From Candidatus Latescibacterota bacterium (GTDB taxonomy: Bacteria; Latescibacterota; UBA2968; SICM01): a DNA stretch of 64,000 bases. The stretch spans positions 2,496,001 through 2,560,000 of the forward strand of contig CBDCJO010000002.1 in assembly GCA_965217865.1 (NCBI GenBank), written 5' to 3'. The notes under the pieces are model-generated. The model did not search any database. It worked only from the letters and a program-made list of their open reading frames with translations, and was not told the DNA's origin. Position numbers and translations under genes: made by a program. This document shows positions 1-11,079 of this stretch, piece by piece. Positions within the stretch are counted from its first letter, which is position 1. Every line of letters begins with the position of its first letter.

Positions 1-46
1 CGGTCTTGCGCAGCAGCGCCAGTATCTTGCAGACTTCCAGGCAGGG

Positions 47-3024
47 ATGATTGAAACGAAGGTGGACACAGTTGGAAAGACGGAAGACGAAATTCGAGCG
101 GAAAGAACCCGGAAGGCCATGGAGAAGAGGCAGATGGCGGACTTCCTGGCAAACAATCTTCCGGAAGGCATGCGGATCGAAATCCTTTCAGATCAGTCCG
201 GTTTCATCGAGAGCGCCATCGACGAAGTCAAGCAGGCCGCTGTGATCGGGGGCGTACTGGCCGTCCTGATCCTTTACATCTTCCTGAGGAACATCGGGCA
301 TACGCTGATCGTGGGGATCTCCATCCCGATCTCCGTGGTGGCCACTTTCGCGCCGATGAATCTGTTCGAGGTTTCCCTGAACATCATGTCGCTGGGAGGC
401 CTTGCCCTGGGGATCGGGATGCTGGTGGACAACTCGATCGTGGTTCTGGAGAGCATATTCCGATGCAGACAAGAAGGGGACGATCTGGTTTCCGCTGCGA
501 TCCGGGGGACAAAAGAGGTGGGGGGGCCGTCCTCGCAGCCACCCTTACGACAATGGCGTTTTCTTTCCGATCGTTTTTGTCGAAGGTGTCGCAGGACAGG
601 TGTTCGGGGATATGGCCCTCGTGGTGGTCTTCTCCCTCCTGGCATCACTTGCAGCGGCGCTCTTCCTTCTGCCGATGCTGGCGTCCCGTCGGATCTCAAC
701 GCCCGGGGGGCGGCACACGGAGTTGCTTAAGGCGGATATTCTGAAGTTTCGTGCGGTCGATCGCATTCGGGAGGTAACGGCCGGACCGAAGCCCTTACGA
801 GCTATGGTCGGGGTTTACGGACACTGTTTGAAGGCCATGCCCCTTCTGGCTTGGGAATGGCTCTGGCGTACGCTCTTGATCCTTACGGGGACGATCTGTG
901 TGATCTTGAAGTTCGTATCGATCCTTTTGGGGATTACCCTGTGGCCCCTGACGAAGGCTCTGGAGCGTTTCATCAAATCCCTGAAGGGGTTCTATCCTAA
1001 ACTGAACCACTGGTCCCAGGGCATTGAAGTTTTCGGCTGGAAAGCACCGCAGCGGGTTTGGGATCGTCTGATGGTTTTCACCGCCGCAGAGGAGATCGGG
1101 TCGGATCTCCCGAAGGGATTTCAGTGGGCCGTATCCGGACTTAAAGGGAGTCCCTGGTATCGAATCGCTCAGGGAATCGTCTTTCCGATAGTGGGATGCG
1201 GCTGGTTCCTGATCTCTTGCGGCCACTTTGTCATCTCGTTGGTGGGAAGGAAACCGCGGGATCGCGCTCGGACAGCAATCGGTCGCGCGTGGGGCGGGGC
1301 GAAGGTGATTTTCGTTCCGATTCTCCTGATTTATTTCTACTCGAGGTTCGTCGCCCACCTGACTCTTGCCCTCACCGGCAAGGTTTTGATCTCGACGGCG
1401 ATGCTTGTCGGGGTCAGCCTCATCAGCACAGGTTGGATAGCGGGTCTGATCGTCGCTCCGGGATTGGCCCTCCTGGTCTTTACAGTAGGCGGGGGCTTCA
1501 ACCGGTTGAGCGAGGTCTATCCGCGCGTCATCGGGTGGGCCCTGTCACACCGAACGGAGGTGATCAGTGCGGCGGCGGCGGCGTTCGCAATCACGGTCTT
1601 TTTCCTGGGCCCCCATCTGGGACGGGAGCTGATGCCTATGGTCCACCAGGGGGAATTCAGCGCAGAGATCTCCCTTCCGGTGGGCACCCCTCTTGAAGTT
1701 ACCGATCGGCGGATCCGGAATTTGGAACCGATCGGTGATGGACCAGCCTGAGGTCTCCCGGGTCTCCACGGTAGTGGGGACGGAACGCGATGCCACGTCC
1801 TCATCGGAGGAGGGGGAGAATACAGTTAGGATCACCGCCCTTCTGAGAAGGGAGGGTGACCTGGCCCTTGCCGAGGAGGGGACGATATCGGACCTCCGGG
1901 AGAGATGGTCCGGGATTCCGGAGGTGACGACGAAGTTTTCCAGGCCTGCGTTGTTCAGCTTCAAGACCCCGATCGAGGTGGAGATTCGGGGGCATGATTT
2001 GGGGAAGTTACGGCAACTTGCCGGGGAAGCGGAGGCGGCCCTGTCCCGAATAAACGGTTTGACGGACATCAAGTCGAACCTGCAGCGGGGCAACCCGGAA
2101 GTACAGATCTCTTACGACAGAGATCGCCTGGCCCGATACGGCTTGAACCTGAAGCAAGTCGCAACGCTCGTGCGGAACAAGATTCAGGGGCAGGTGGCCA
2201 CCCGTTTTCGCGAACGGGAGCGGCGATTGGATGTGCTCGTGAAGCTGGATGAAGCGGATCGGCAGAGCATCCGGGATATCCAGAACCTGATCATCAATCC
2301 CAATAGCCAGGTCCGGATCCCGCTTTCCGCCGTTGCGGAGGTGCGGATCCAAGAAGGCCCGAGCGAGATCAGGCGGATCGACCAGCAGCGGACGGCCCTG
2401 CTCACCGCGAATCTGGCCGGCCTGGATATGGGGACTGCGAGCGGCCGGATCTATGATGCGCTCAGCCGGATAGAGATGCCCAGGGGGTTCGAGTATCTCG
2501 TAACTGGGCAGAATCGAGAGATGGAGACATCGCTCAGAAGTCTGAGGCTCGCCCTTTTGCTTGCTATGTTCCTTGTATACATCGTCATGGCTTCCCAGTT
2601 CGAGTCGTTTCTCCACCCGTTTGTGATCATGTTTACCATCCCCCTTGCCATGGTGGGGGTCGTCCTTGCCCTGGTGGCCCTGGGTATCTCGATCAACGTG
2701 ATGGTCTTTCTGGGCGTGATCGTCCTGGCGGGTGTGGTGGTGAACAACGCGATCGTGTTGATCAACTACACGAATATCCTCCGGGCCCGCGGGATGAGCA
2801 AAATCGATGCGCTCGTCCAGGCGGGCCATACGAGGCTGCGGCCGATCATGATGACGACATTGACGACGGTGCTCGGCCTCACACCGATTGCTCTGGGGTT
2901 GGGCGAGGGGGCGGAGCTCCGGATGCCCTTGGCCGTCACGGTGATTGCCGGACTGACGAGCTCAACGGTCCTGACTCTCGTGGTGATCCCGGTCGTTTAC
3001 GCGGCCTTAGATCGGAAGGATTGA
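47..3024 (+). pseudogene. RND (AcrB/AcrD/AcrF family) efflux permease 1, C-terminal part, frameshifted; the gene may start before the window
   Basis: ORFs 47-730, 402-1751 and 1693-3024 join into one AcrB-like protein (GMLVDNSIVVLE, MASQFESFLHPFVIMFTIPL, RLRPIMMTTLTTVLG). Single-base indels at ~521-526 (G-run), ~557 and ~1728. Confidence 0.88.
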
Positions 3025-3270
3025 ATCGGGCAAGGTTTCTTTTCAAATTCTGAAGTTAAGAATTAGCCTTGCATAACCGCTGGCCAGATATCAGATGAAT
3101 TGAGAATATGAAAAGGTGACGGTTGGTTCAACGCCCTCATCCCCTAAAAAACCGTATCTCGCAAGAACCTAAGATTATTGATTTTGCTGCTCCGCTTTAC
3201 GCTTCACGTTCTTTTTGAGGCGGTAACGTAGATCGTGCAAAAAGTTCCGGAAAACCCGAACCGTGTGGGG

Positions 3271-3332
3271 GTAGGAGCCAGCTCCTCCTGGCGAACGGGG
3301 ATGGGTTTTCGCCGCCAGGAGGCGGCTCCGAC
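3271..3332. repeat. GTAG-type REP doublet (REPIN-like hairpin)
   Basis: GTAGGAGCCAGCTCCTCCTGGCGA ... TCGCCGCCAGGAGGCGGCTCCGAC form an imperfect inverted pair in an intergenic region. Confidence 0.6.
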
Positions 3333-3366
3333 CATAAATTTTTTCGCGAGTAAAGTAAAATGAACT

Positions 3367-3422
3367 TCCCCTCTCCCGGCACCCGGGAGAGGGGTGCCGA
3401 GCTTGCGAGGCGGGGTGAGGGA
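3367..3422. repeat. CCCCTCTCCC-N-GGGAGAGGGG palindromic intergenic repeat, copy 1
   Basis: CCCCTCTCCCGGCACCCGGGAGAGGGGTGCCG; the same core occurs at ~42019. Confidence 0.7.
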
Positions 3423-3483
3423 GCACGACGACGTTACTGAAAGTACAGTTTAACTTCCGTAACAATCCAGTAGGGAGGTTTGT

Positions 3484-5166
3484 TTGGCAAGTCGACAGGG
3501 GTTTCTCCCCCGGATCTCGGTTGCTCGACCGGTGACCGTGGTGATGCTCCTCACGGGTATCCTGGTCGTGGGGTTTATCGCCTACACCCAAATCCAAATC
3601 CAGTTCTTTCCCTCGGGCATGGAGAATCCGCGGATGCATGTCTGGATTCCTTTTCCCGACGCGACCCCACACGAAGTCGAGCAACAGCTCGGAAAGCCCA
3701 TGACCGAGACGATGCGGATGGTGAAGGGGCTGGTCAGGCTCCGCATGTACTGCACTACACGTGGGTTGAGTTGTCATTTGCGTTTCCGGAGCGGTACGGA
3801 CATGGACCTCGCTTACAACCACGTTGTCGATCGGCTGGAGCGGTTGAAACCAACGCTTCCCGGCGGGGTCAAGAAGGACAACATCGGGGTGTGGAAATGG
3901 AGCGGTTCCGAAGACTGGGCGATCATCTGGGCGGGTGTCTCCCTGAACCCGGATATTCAGGACACCTATCGCTTCATGGAAACCCACCTGGCCCGACCCC
4001 TCCAGCGGATCGACGGTGTGGCGAAGGTGGATATCCGCGGGACGTACCGGAAGTCCGTGATGATCGAGCTGGATCAGGAGCGGGCAAGGGCAAGGGGGGT
4101 GAATCCCTACGACTTGGTGCAGGCTCTTCGAGGGGATAACTTCAGCATCGCCAGCGGGTCCATCCGTGAGGGTGGGCGAAAGTTCTATGTCCGGTCCCTT
4201 GCCCATTACCGGGACATCGAGGAGATTGAGGACGTGCGGGTGGGGAAAGGGGGGAATGTCCGGCTTCGGGAAATCGCGAACGTCTTCTACGATGTGCCTG
4301 AACCGGGGTGGCGATGGCGGATCGACGGGCAGCGTGGGGCGGGTATGGGGATCTATCGGGAGTCGGGGGTGAACATCGTTTCACTCTGCCGCGAGATCGA
4401 AAGGACCATCAGGGAGGAGATCGAAAAAAGGCCTGCTATGGCCGGGACGACCGTTGAGCTGTTCTTCAACCAGGGAAAAGTCATCGAGGAGTCGATGGAG
4501 AACGTCGAGGAGGCCGCGGTGTGGGGGGGGATCTTCGCGGCCCTTGTCCTCTTTTTCTTCCTGCGCGCGATCCGGATGACTCTGATCGTTACGCTGTCGA
4601 TTCCCCTCTGCGCGCTGATCGCGATCAGTTCCCTCTACTTTATGGGTTGGTCGCTCAACGTCTTAACGATGATGGGGTTGATGCTGGGGATCGGAATCGT
4701 CGTGGACGACGCCATCGTGATCGTGGAGAACATCTACCGGCAGCGGCTCGGCGGAAAGGAATCGAAGTTGGCCGCGGTGGAAGGGGCCGGGGAGGTTGGA
4801 ATCGCGGTTGTCCTGTCGACGTTGGCGACTGTGGTGGTCTTCCTGCCGTTGATTTTCATGAGCGACGACGCGGGGTTCACGTTTACGATGTCGCGCATGG
4901 GTGTGCCGATGATCATCGCGATTATGGCCTCACTCCTCGTGTCCCTTTTGTTCATCCCGCTAGCGGCCTCCCGTACGAAACAGGAAGAGGTGGGGCGCGA
5001 ACCCCGGAGCGTGGCCTGGATGGGGCGGGTATACGAACGCGTTTCCAGGTGGGCTATGGAACACCGCCTGGACGTCTTCCTGATCGCCCTGATCCTGTAT
5101 GCGAGCATCCAGTATCCCGCGGAACACATGAAACAAAAGGGGTCGTCCAGGGGGCCCCGCAGCAAC
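3484..5166 (+). pseudogene. RND permease 2, N-terminal half (interrupted)
   Basis: ISVARPVTVVMLL, LQRIDGVAKV, GIVVDDAIVIVENI; the sequence switches to duplicated DNA at 5167 and the C-half resumes at ~29996. Confidence 0.88.
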
Positions 5167-5233
5167 GTCGGGTGGGCCGGGGGCCGGAGGCAGGTAAAGG
5201 CAAAGGAGAATCTGTGAAAAAGGGGGTGATGCG

Positions 5234-5698
5234 GTGATGCCAGGAATCCGATCGGTTATGTCTGCCGTCCTTTTTGGGGTTCTGCTCCTATCGTCCGGCC
5301 CACGGTCTTACGCCGAAAGCGGCTCTTTCATGTTTTCCAAGAAGTTTTACGGCGCAGTCTCGTCCGCGTCGAGCCTGTTCTTCTTCAAAGAGGCCTACGA
5401 CGCCCGGAAGGAGGCCAACCGGAACTACGATTCCTACAAGACCGCAGGCGATTCCCAGCAGGCCTTGAGCTTCTATAACGAGTCCAAACGGGGAGATACC
5501 CGGATGGCGATCATGCTTGGCCTCGGAGGCGGTACACTGGCCTACGGGATCTATCTCTTGCTGCTCGACGAGGGTCATGGAATTTTAGATCATGAGAAAG
5601 AGGAATTGAACCGGTTCGAGATCAAAGGCATCGGATTACACGTGGCGAGTGATCTTCAAAACAAGGGTCTTCAATTCTACGTTAACCGGAGATTTTAA
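5234..5698 (+). CDS. Hypothetical exported/membrane protein (duplicate copy)
   Basis: 154 aa with signal peptide and hydrophobic helix; identical to 33022-33486. Confidence 0.7.
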   Translation: MMPGIRSVMSAVLFGVLLLSSGPRSYAESGSFMFSKKFYGAVSSASSLFFFKEAYDARKEANRNYDSYKTAGDSQQALSFYNESKRGDTRMAIMLGLGGGTLAYGIYLLLLDEGHGILDHEKEELNRFEIKGIGLHVASDLQNKGLQFYVNRRF

Positions 5699-5717
5699 GG
5701 CGGGTGTTTTTCCATTC

Positions 5718-5751
5718 GATAGGGTGAGTCGGGGACTCACCCTATCTTTTT
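5718..5751 (+). terminator. Intrinsic terminator (duplicate copy)
   Basis: GATAGGGTGAGTC-GGG-GACTCACCCTATC followed by TTTTT. Confidence 0.75.
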
Positions 5752-5790
5752 GTGAATGTTTCGGGTCACCCGGATATGGGGGATTTTATT

Positions 5791-6089
5791 ATGTCTTACT
5801 ACACCGCCCTTGAGGATCTGTTCGAAGATGTGGTGGGAAAGTCCCTCCGGGGTCAAGGGCTTGCACAGCGGGATGTGGAGCAGCGGTCCGGGCTAAAGGC
5901 TGGGGATCTCGCTCGGATTACCGGGGGAGGATTCGTTCCTGATGATGCCCGGATTGTGGCACTGGCAAACATTCTCGGTCTGCACGGACAGCGGCTGGTC
6001 GATAGCGCCCGTTGTGCATGGTTTCCGAAAAACCCGGATGGGGCGATCGGAAACGCCAGGATCGGTGTTGATATGCTGGTCGTGGACGG
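5791..6089 (+). pseudogene. Truncated copy of the HTH-MBL hydrolase N-terminus
   Basis: Identical to the first ~100 codons of 33579-34430, then breaks. Confidence 0.85.
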
Positions 6090-6125
6090 TATGGTCCCCG
6101 TGGCCGTGGGTCAACAGGATTTGAA

Positions 6126-6317
6126 CCGGACCAGCCCCTCGAACCGGATCGCCAGGGCCGTCAGTCTCGATATGCGAGGTATATTCCCCGGCTCGACATT
6201 CCGGTCCTGATCCGTGTGGCGGCAGCCGTTGTTCCGGCCGTTTCCGCGCTGGAACGTGAAGGACACTTCCAGGGGTCCGGGTCCGGCCCGGGTTGCATCG
6301 GATGCGCGACCGCTCAT
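6126..6317 (-). pseudogene. Fragment of the small protein typically found downstream of large serine recombinases
   Basis: GNIPRISRLTALAIRFEGLVR; its start overlaps the recombinase stop; truncated at the junction. Confidence 0.55.
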
Positions 6318-6790
6318 CGCATGACCTCCTGTCCGTTGAGACCCGCCTTCCGGCACAGCGCCTCGATGCCGGGTGGGCGAAAGGTGACGGTCACCGTGCC
6401 GTCCCGTCCGTCGTAGCCGATCCGCTCGATGAGCAGCCGGAGTCTTCGGGCCTGCTCCCTCGGAGCCAGCGCCGCCCAGACCGGGTCGAAGACCTCCAGG
6501 GCCCGGGCGAGGTCGCTTTCATCCACGGCTTCCCGCTCGAGAGCGAAAGCCTCTTCCCGGAGAGCGGTCAGCCGCTGTTCCCGCGCTTTGGCCACTGTGG
6601 CCGCCACGACCTGTTCGTTCATCCCGGTGCCGCGGACGTGCTCCACCACTGCGGTTTCGATCTCGTGAGCATTAAGCGACTTGCCCGGACACGACGCCCG
6701 GCCCCGCTGCCGGGCATTCCGGCAGACATAATAACGGTAGCGCTTCTCCTTCTTGAGAGTATAAGTGTGCGCCGAGCCGTTTGAGGCGAG
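6314..6790 (-). pseudogene. Large serine recombinase, C-terminal fragment (Zn-ribbon and coiled coil)
   Basis: KRYRYYVCRNARQRGRASCPGKSLNAHEIETAVV and LLIERIGYDG..VTVTFRPPG; no catalytic N-terminal domain. Confidence 0.8.
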
Positions 6791-7307
6791 TTGCCTCGAC
6801 CGTGTAGACCCGGGAGAGTGCACAAGTGCCGTTCGCCACGACGCTTGTCGCCGGCTACGATTCCGGGCTCCGGGCGCACGGCCGCTTCCGCTGTCCGGTG
6901 AGCTGCCGTAAGCTGGTGACCGGACCCACCGGGTCCGGCTTCCTGTGAATACTTGCCGGAGGACCTTCCCGAAACGTCGAAGCCGGCCGCCCGGATGCAA
7001 CCGGGCTGTTAAACAAGGTGGACGCGAAAAACAGAGAATCAGAGAATCCGGAGGAGATATCTCTGCTCAGCGGACGCAACCCCACGGTTGTGCTCGGACA
7101 CCGGGGGAAAAGCTTTGAAACAGAGAATCGGCAGAAAGGGAAGGAGGTGGCACAAGTGTTTGTGAATACGGCAGAAACGACAAGACCCCGAAGGGTTGCC
7201 CCACGGGGTCTTGCGTTAACGGACGACCGCCGAAGTTGGCGGATTGGAATATGGCTCCCCATATGATCCTCTCCCCGGAACCATTCTCTGTTCGTCAGTC
7301 ATAACTT

Positions 7308-7384
7308 CCGCGCCGATGTCCTGGCCCTGGAGCGGGAGAGGGAGGGTTGCTTGATGAAATCATCGGTGGCGGCGCGGGGTTGTG
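7308..7384 (+). pseudogene. Type I R-M HsdM extreme C-terminal fragment
   Basis: RADVLALERE/EGLLDEIIG* (with a frameshift) resembles the HsdM tail EEIRADILALEKETEGLL. Confidence 0.45.
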
Positions 7385-7443
7385 AACGCGCAGCAGTTCA
7401 AGATATGCGCCTGGGCATGGAACCCCGAACCCCAGTGGGGGCT

Positions 7444-8152
7444 CGGCTGTCGCCCCCAATTTACCGTCTGTCCGTGTGGGACTATGGCGTGAGACAGTGG
7501 CGACCGCCTCCGACCTTTCAAGTCCTTCTCCGGGAAACAGATCGCCAGGTTTTGAGGGCGCAGGGTGGCTCATGGCGATTGAGGGATGACAACTTGTGGA
7601 ATTTGATTCCGTTGGGAGATTTCTGGCGTGGGTCAGTGGCGAGACAGTGGCTCGAGACACCTCGAGACAGCGTTGAGGGCACAGATCCGGCCCGTGTGCG
7701 ACTTTCTTTCTGAATCCGGGAAAAGGGGGACGCGACCTCCACAAAACGGGCGGCACGTGGGCGAAGTGAGAAGGTCCCGGTCCCGTGGATTTGCGGCCCG
7801 GGACCTCACTCGTGATCGGGGTCGAGCATCTCGAGAGCCCGAGCTTCGGCTTCCTCGCGAGTCATTCCACCCTCATGCTCCATGATCCCCGCGCGTTCAT
7901 CGAACGCCTTGATGTCATCCTCCGTAGATGTCGCCGCAGTGTTGGGGGGATCAAAGCGTGACACCGTGACATTCTTTTGTTTACAAGGACTTACATGATG
8001 TTCAAAGCGTGACATCGTACCATCCATGTCACGCTTTGAAGGGGGAGATATGTGCGCGTTCGGCTTGGAAACATCGTCCGAGTCGTCCTCCAGGTAGCTA
8101 TCCCATGCAGAGAAGAACGCTTCCCACAGGTAGCCCTTTCCCCTTGCCGGCC
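7444..8152 (+). repeat. ~0.7-kb direct repeat, copy 1 (copy 2 at 18103-18829)
   Basis: Near-identical sequence with a few small indels and substitutions. Confidence 0.93.
7806..8152 (-). pseudogene. DUF3631-like phage/ICE replication-associated protein, C-terminal fragment
   Basis: GKGYLWEAFFSAWDSYL ... FDERAGIMEHEGGMTREEAEARA. Confidence 0.55.
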
Positions 8153-8252
8153 GATCGTGACGGAGATTACGCCCGCACCGGAGTTCTACCCTGCGGAAGA
8201 TTATCACCAGCAGTATATGGAAAAGCAGGGACGAATGCGCTGTAGAATATAA
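8148..8252 (+). pseudogene. msrA: Peptide methionine sulfoxide reductase MsrA, C-terminal fragment
   Basis: RPIVTEITPAPEFYPAEDYHQQYMEK signature; the 5' part is replaced by the repeat. Confidence 0.8.
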
Positions 8253-8368
8253 GGGGATGAGTTTGATGTGATGGTTTGATTGGATAGGACCTTTAGAAAT
8301 CCAGCCTCTGTGAAGCAGAAAGACTCCATAATCAAGAAAACAGGAAAAATCCTGAAGGGATCGAAACA

Positions 8369-9217
8369 ATGGCCGCTGCAGTAAAGGATAGATTTGTCGA
8401 AACAGATTGGGCAAGCCTTACGCTCGGAGAGCGGATCAGGCACCTGGAGGTCGAAGGCTATGTCGTGCTTCCCGATTTGCTCAGCCCCGAGCACGTTGCG
8501 CAGTTGAATAAAGAACTGTCGGAGATCGAGACCCGGGGAGCGGATTACACGGACAGGAAGCAGACTCACAATGATATCGAGTGGGCGGGTGGGGCTATAA
8601 CGGAGCTGATCGGACACAAGCCGACGATCGATTTTCTGAAGCAGCTCTTCGGCGACGATGTCATCATGATGACTTACGATTACTCGCGTTCCGAACCCGG
8701 CTGCCCCGCCATAAACCTGCATTGCGACGGTCAACCCTGGGGATCCCGAATTTTCGGCCCAGAACAGAGCTGTCCGAAACTGGTGCGCGTGCTTTATTAT
8801 CTTCAGGATCTCACCCCGGAGGCCGCACCGTTTCGAGTGGTCCCGCGGTCTCATCTGAGCTTTCATAACGACGCCAACCCGTACCTGCGTTACACGGGAC
8901 ATCCCGAACAGGTCATGGTCACGTGCAAGGCCGGTTCCGCGGCGCTGATCAACCAGAATGTATTCCACGGCAACTATCCCAACCGGGGGGATCAACCCCG
9001 GGAATTGCTCGGCATCGCGTACCGGCCGTCGTGGGCCGGCCCCTGCGACGAGGTCAAGTCGTGGGATCCCGAGAAGCTCGCAGAGGTTTCGCCTCAGGTA
9101 CGCGCGGTGATGAAGGACCGGAATGCACGCATCTGGAAATACGAAGGTGGGAACGTCCCTTCGGACATGCGGGACGAGGCGCCGGGGATCGATCCCAGCC
9201 GATGGGAACTGGGTTGA
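8369..9217 (+). CDS. Phytanoyl-CoA dioxygenase (PhyH) family Fe(II)/2OG oxygenase
   Basis: EGYVVLPDLLS, LHCDG (HxD), VVPRSH and a distal FHG His. Confidence 0.85.
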   Translation: MAAAVKDRFVETDWASLTLGERIRHLEVEGYVVLPDLLSPEHVAQLNKELSEIETRGADYTDRKQTHNDIEWAGGAITELIGHKPTIDFLKQLFGDDVIMMTYDYSRSEPGCPAINLHCDGQPWGSRIFGPEQSCPKLVRVLYYLQDLTPEAAPFRVVPRSHLSFHNDANPYLRYTGHPEQVMVTCKAGSAALINQNVFHGNYPNRGDQPRELLGIAYRPSWAGPCDEVKSWDPEKLAEVSPQVRAVMKDRNARIWKYEGGNVPSDMRDEAPGIDPSRWELG

Positions 9218-9340
9218 ATCGCTAGGGTCGGAAAGTCGGGAGAGGCGATAACGAATTTCCTGATCAAAAATGATGCTGATCAGCGTTGACTTGGGCCAGA
9301 GCATGCGATGCAGTGTTCGCACGAGACCATTGATGATATT

Positions 9341-10543
9341 ATGGAGACGTTGACGGTTTCCGAAGCTCGCAGGCTTGCCCTTGCTCGGGCGGGTCTCCTG
9401 AAGCCCGCGTGGACCGGGTTTCCGGTGAATGGTCGGGGGAAGCGGTGGAAGGAGGCTGCGGTTTCCGTCATCCGGCGTTTCGGATATCTCCAGTTCGACA
9501 CGGTGTCGATCGCAGGGGCACGGAGCCACACGATCGTCCTTCTGTCGAGGCTTGCCGGATTTAATCCCGCGGCTGGCGAGGAGCTCCTCCACCCGGGTGC
9601 GCCGTTTTTCGAGTACTGGGGCCACGAGGCGAGTTGGATCCCGCTCGAGCTCTATCCTGTGTTCGAGTTCCGTCGGCGCGAATACCGCAGCCACCCTCGG
9701 TGGAGCACTCTCGTGGAGAGGCATCCCGATGTAACGCGGAACCTCCGCCACCGCATTCGCGAGGCGGGGCCCATTCGTTCTGTGGACATGGAGGGACGGG
9801 GGAGCCGTGGGTGGTGGGACCTGAAAATCGCGAAGCGGGTCGCCCGTGCGCTCTGGTCTTCCGGGGAGCTCGCGATCCGCGAGCGAAGAAATTTCCAGCG
9901 AAGCTACGACCTCGCAAAGCGCGTTATCCCGGAGGCGGTGAGGTGCCGGCCGCTTCCGAAGCGGGAAGCCCTGGAGGCCCTGCTGGTCAAGGCGCTCGAC
10001 GGCCACGGGTGGGCGACCACCGGAACGATCGCCTCGACGTGGCGGCTGGCCAATCGAAGGAAGGAGATCGCTGATTCCCTGGATCGGCTAAACCGGAAAG
10101 GCATTATCGCTCCATGTTTTCTCGAGAATCCGGATGGGTGTCCCACGCCGGAATGGATTCGGCCGGAGGATCGGGAACTCGCCGCCCGGCTGATCAGAGT
10201 GCGGCCGAGGTCCGATCGGGGTGTGCTGCTGTCTCCGTTCGATCCCCTGCTTTGGGACCGATCCCGTGTCAGACGCCTTTTCGGCTTCGACCAGGTTCTG
10301 GAGATCTTCAAGCCGTCCCCGAAACGCATCTACGGATACTACTGCCTGCCCGTGCTCGCGGGTGAGCGGCTCGTGGCACGCTTCGACCTGAAGGCGGAGC
10401 GGAAGGCGGGCGTCCTGAGGATCCTTTCTTGCCGGTTTGAGGGAACGGGGAACGCCCATTCCGCCGATGCCCGGGATGGAGAAGCGGCGAGGAGCGCCCT
10501 TGCCCGATACGCCCAGTCCCTGGAGCTGGAGCCCGTGGGCTAA
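9341..10543 (+). CDS. YcaQ/AlkZ-like crosslink-repair DNA glycosylase (HTH_42)
   Basis: LQFDTVS..ARSH, FEYWGHEAS, LLSPFDPLLWDR, YGYYCLPVL. Confidence 0.85.
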   Translation: METLTVSEARRLALARAGLLKPAWTGFPVNGRGKRWKEAAVSVIRRFGYLQFDTVSIAGARSHTIVLLSRLAGFNPAAGEELLHPGAPFFEYWGHEASWIPLELYPVFEFRRREYRSHPRWSTLVERHPDVTRNLRHRIREAGPIRSVDMEGRGSRGWWDLKIAKRVARALWSSGELAIRERRNFQRSYDLAKRVIPEAVRCRPLPKREALEALLVKALDGHGWATTGTIASTWRLANRRKEIADSLDRLNRKGIIAPCFLENPDGCPTPEWIRPEDRELAARLIRVRPRSDRGVLLSPFDPLLWDRSRVRRLFGFDQVLEIFKPSPKRIYGYYCLPVLAGERLVARFDLKAERKAGVLRILSCRFEGTGNAHSADARDGEAARSALARYAQSLELEPVG

Positions 10544-10578
10544 GGCGATGCCTCTACGCAAAATGCGTACATAATTTT

Positions 10579-11006
10579 GTCCACGTCCGGGAACGCAGGA
10601 CCGCCGTAGACTGGGCTTACGAGATCCAGGAGCTGCTTGAGGTGGACTACCCGGATGCCGGAAGTCGTGGTGCTGGTCTGCGACAACCTCAGCACTCACA
10701 CCATCGCATCTCTCTACAAGGCCTTCCCACCCGAAAAGGCCCGTTCTCTAGCCAAACGCCTCGAATTGCACTACACGCCCAAGCACGGCAGCTGGCTCAA
10801 TATCGCCGAGATCGAACTGAGCGTCCTTGCCAGACAATGCCTACACAGCCGCATTCCTGACCTGCAGACCCTCACCAACCAGGTGGAGGCCTGGAAATGT
10901 GATCGAAACGAGAAACACAGAACCGTTGATTGGCAGTTCAGGACCACCGACGCCCGCATCAAACTGAAGAAGCTCTATCCCAAGTTTTAGGTGTCAGGGT
11001 GTAGTA
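10579..11006 (+). mobile_element. IS630-family 3' fragment including the right end
   Basis: VLVCDNLSTH, HYTPKHGSWLNIAEIE, ARIKLKKLYP; 10579-10873 nearly identical to 26326-26624; ends in TA. Confidence 0.85.
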
Positions 11007-11079
11007 GCGGACTTTTGAAACGGATTCATTGGCTACACGGAATTTAAGAGTTGACAGGATACGCCAAATTCATATATTT

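Larger units (their letters stand above)
5167..6089 (+). repeat. 923-bp direct duplication of 32955-33877
   Basis: Same sequence at a constant offset of 27788 from GTCGGGTGGGCC to GTGGACGG; the encoded ORFs are identical. Confidence 0.95.

Noticed and set aside
7170-7290. tRNA or tRNA-derived att site near TGGCTCCCC
   Set aside because: No cloverleaf is visible; it reads better as a decayed serine-recombinase 3' end (..WLP..) with a hairpin.
8204-10006. 600-aa minus-strand ORF and similar long antisense ORFs (3175-4206, 15660-16628, 33681-34631, 52137-53087, 54576-55502)
   Set aside because: These are shadow or alternative frames of well-supported genes in GC-rich DNA and carry no recognisable motifs.
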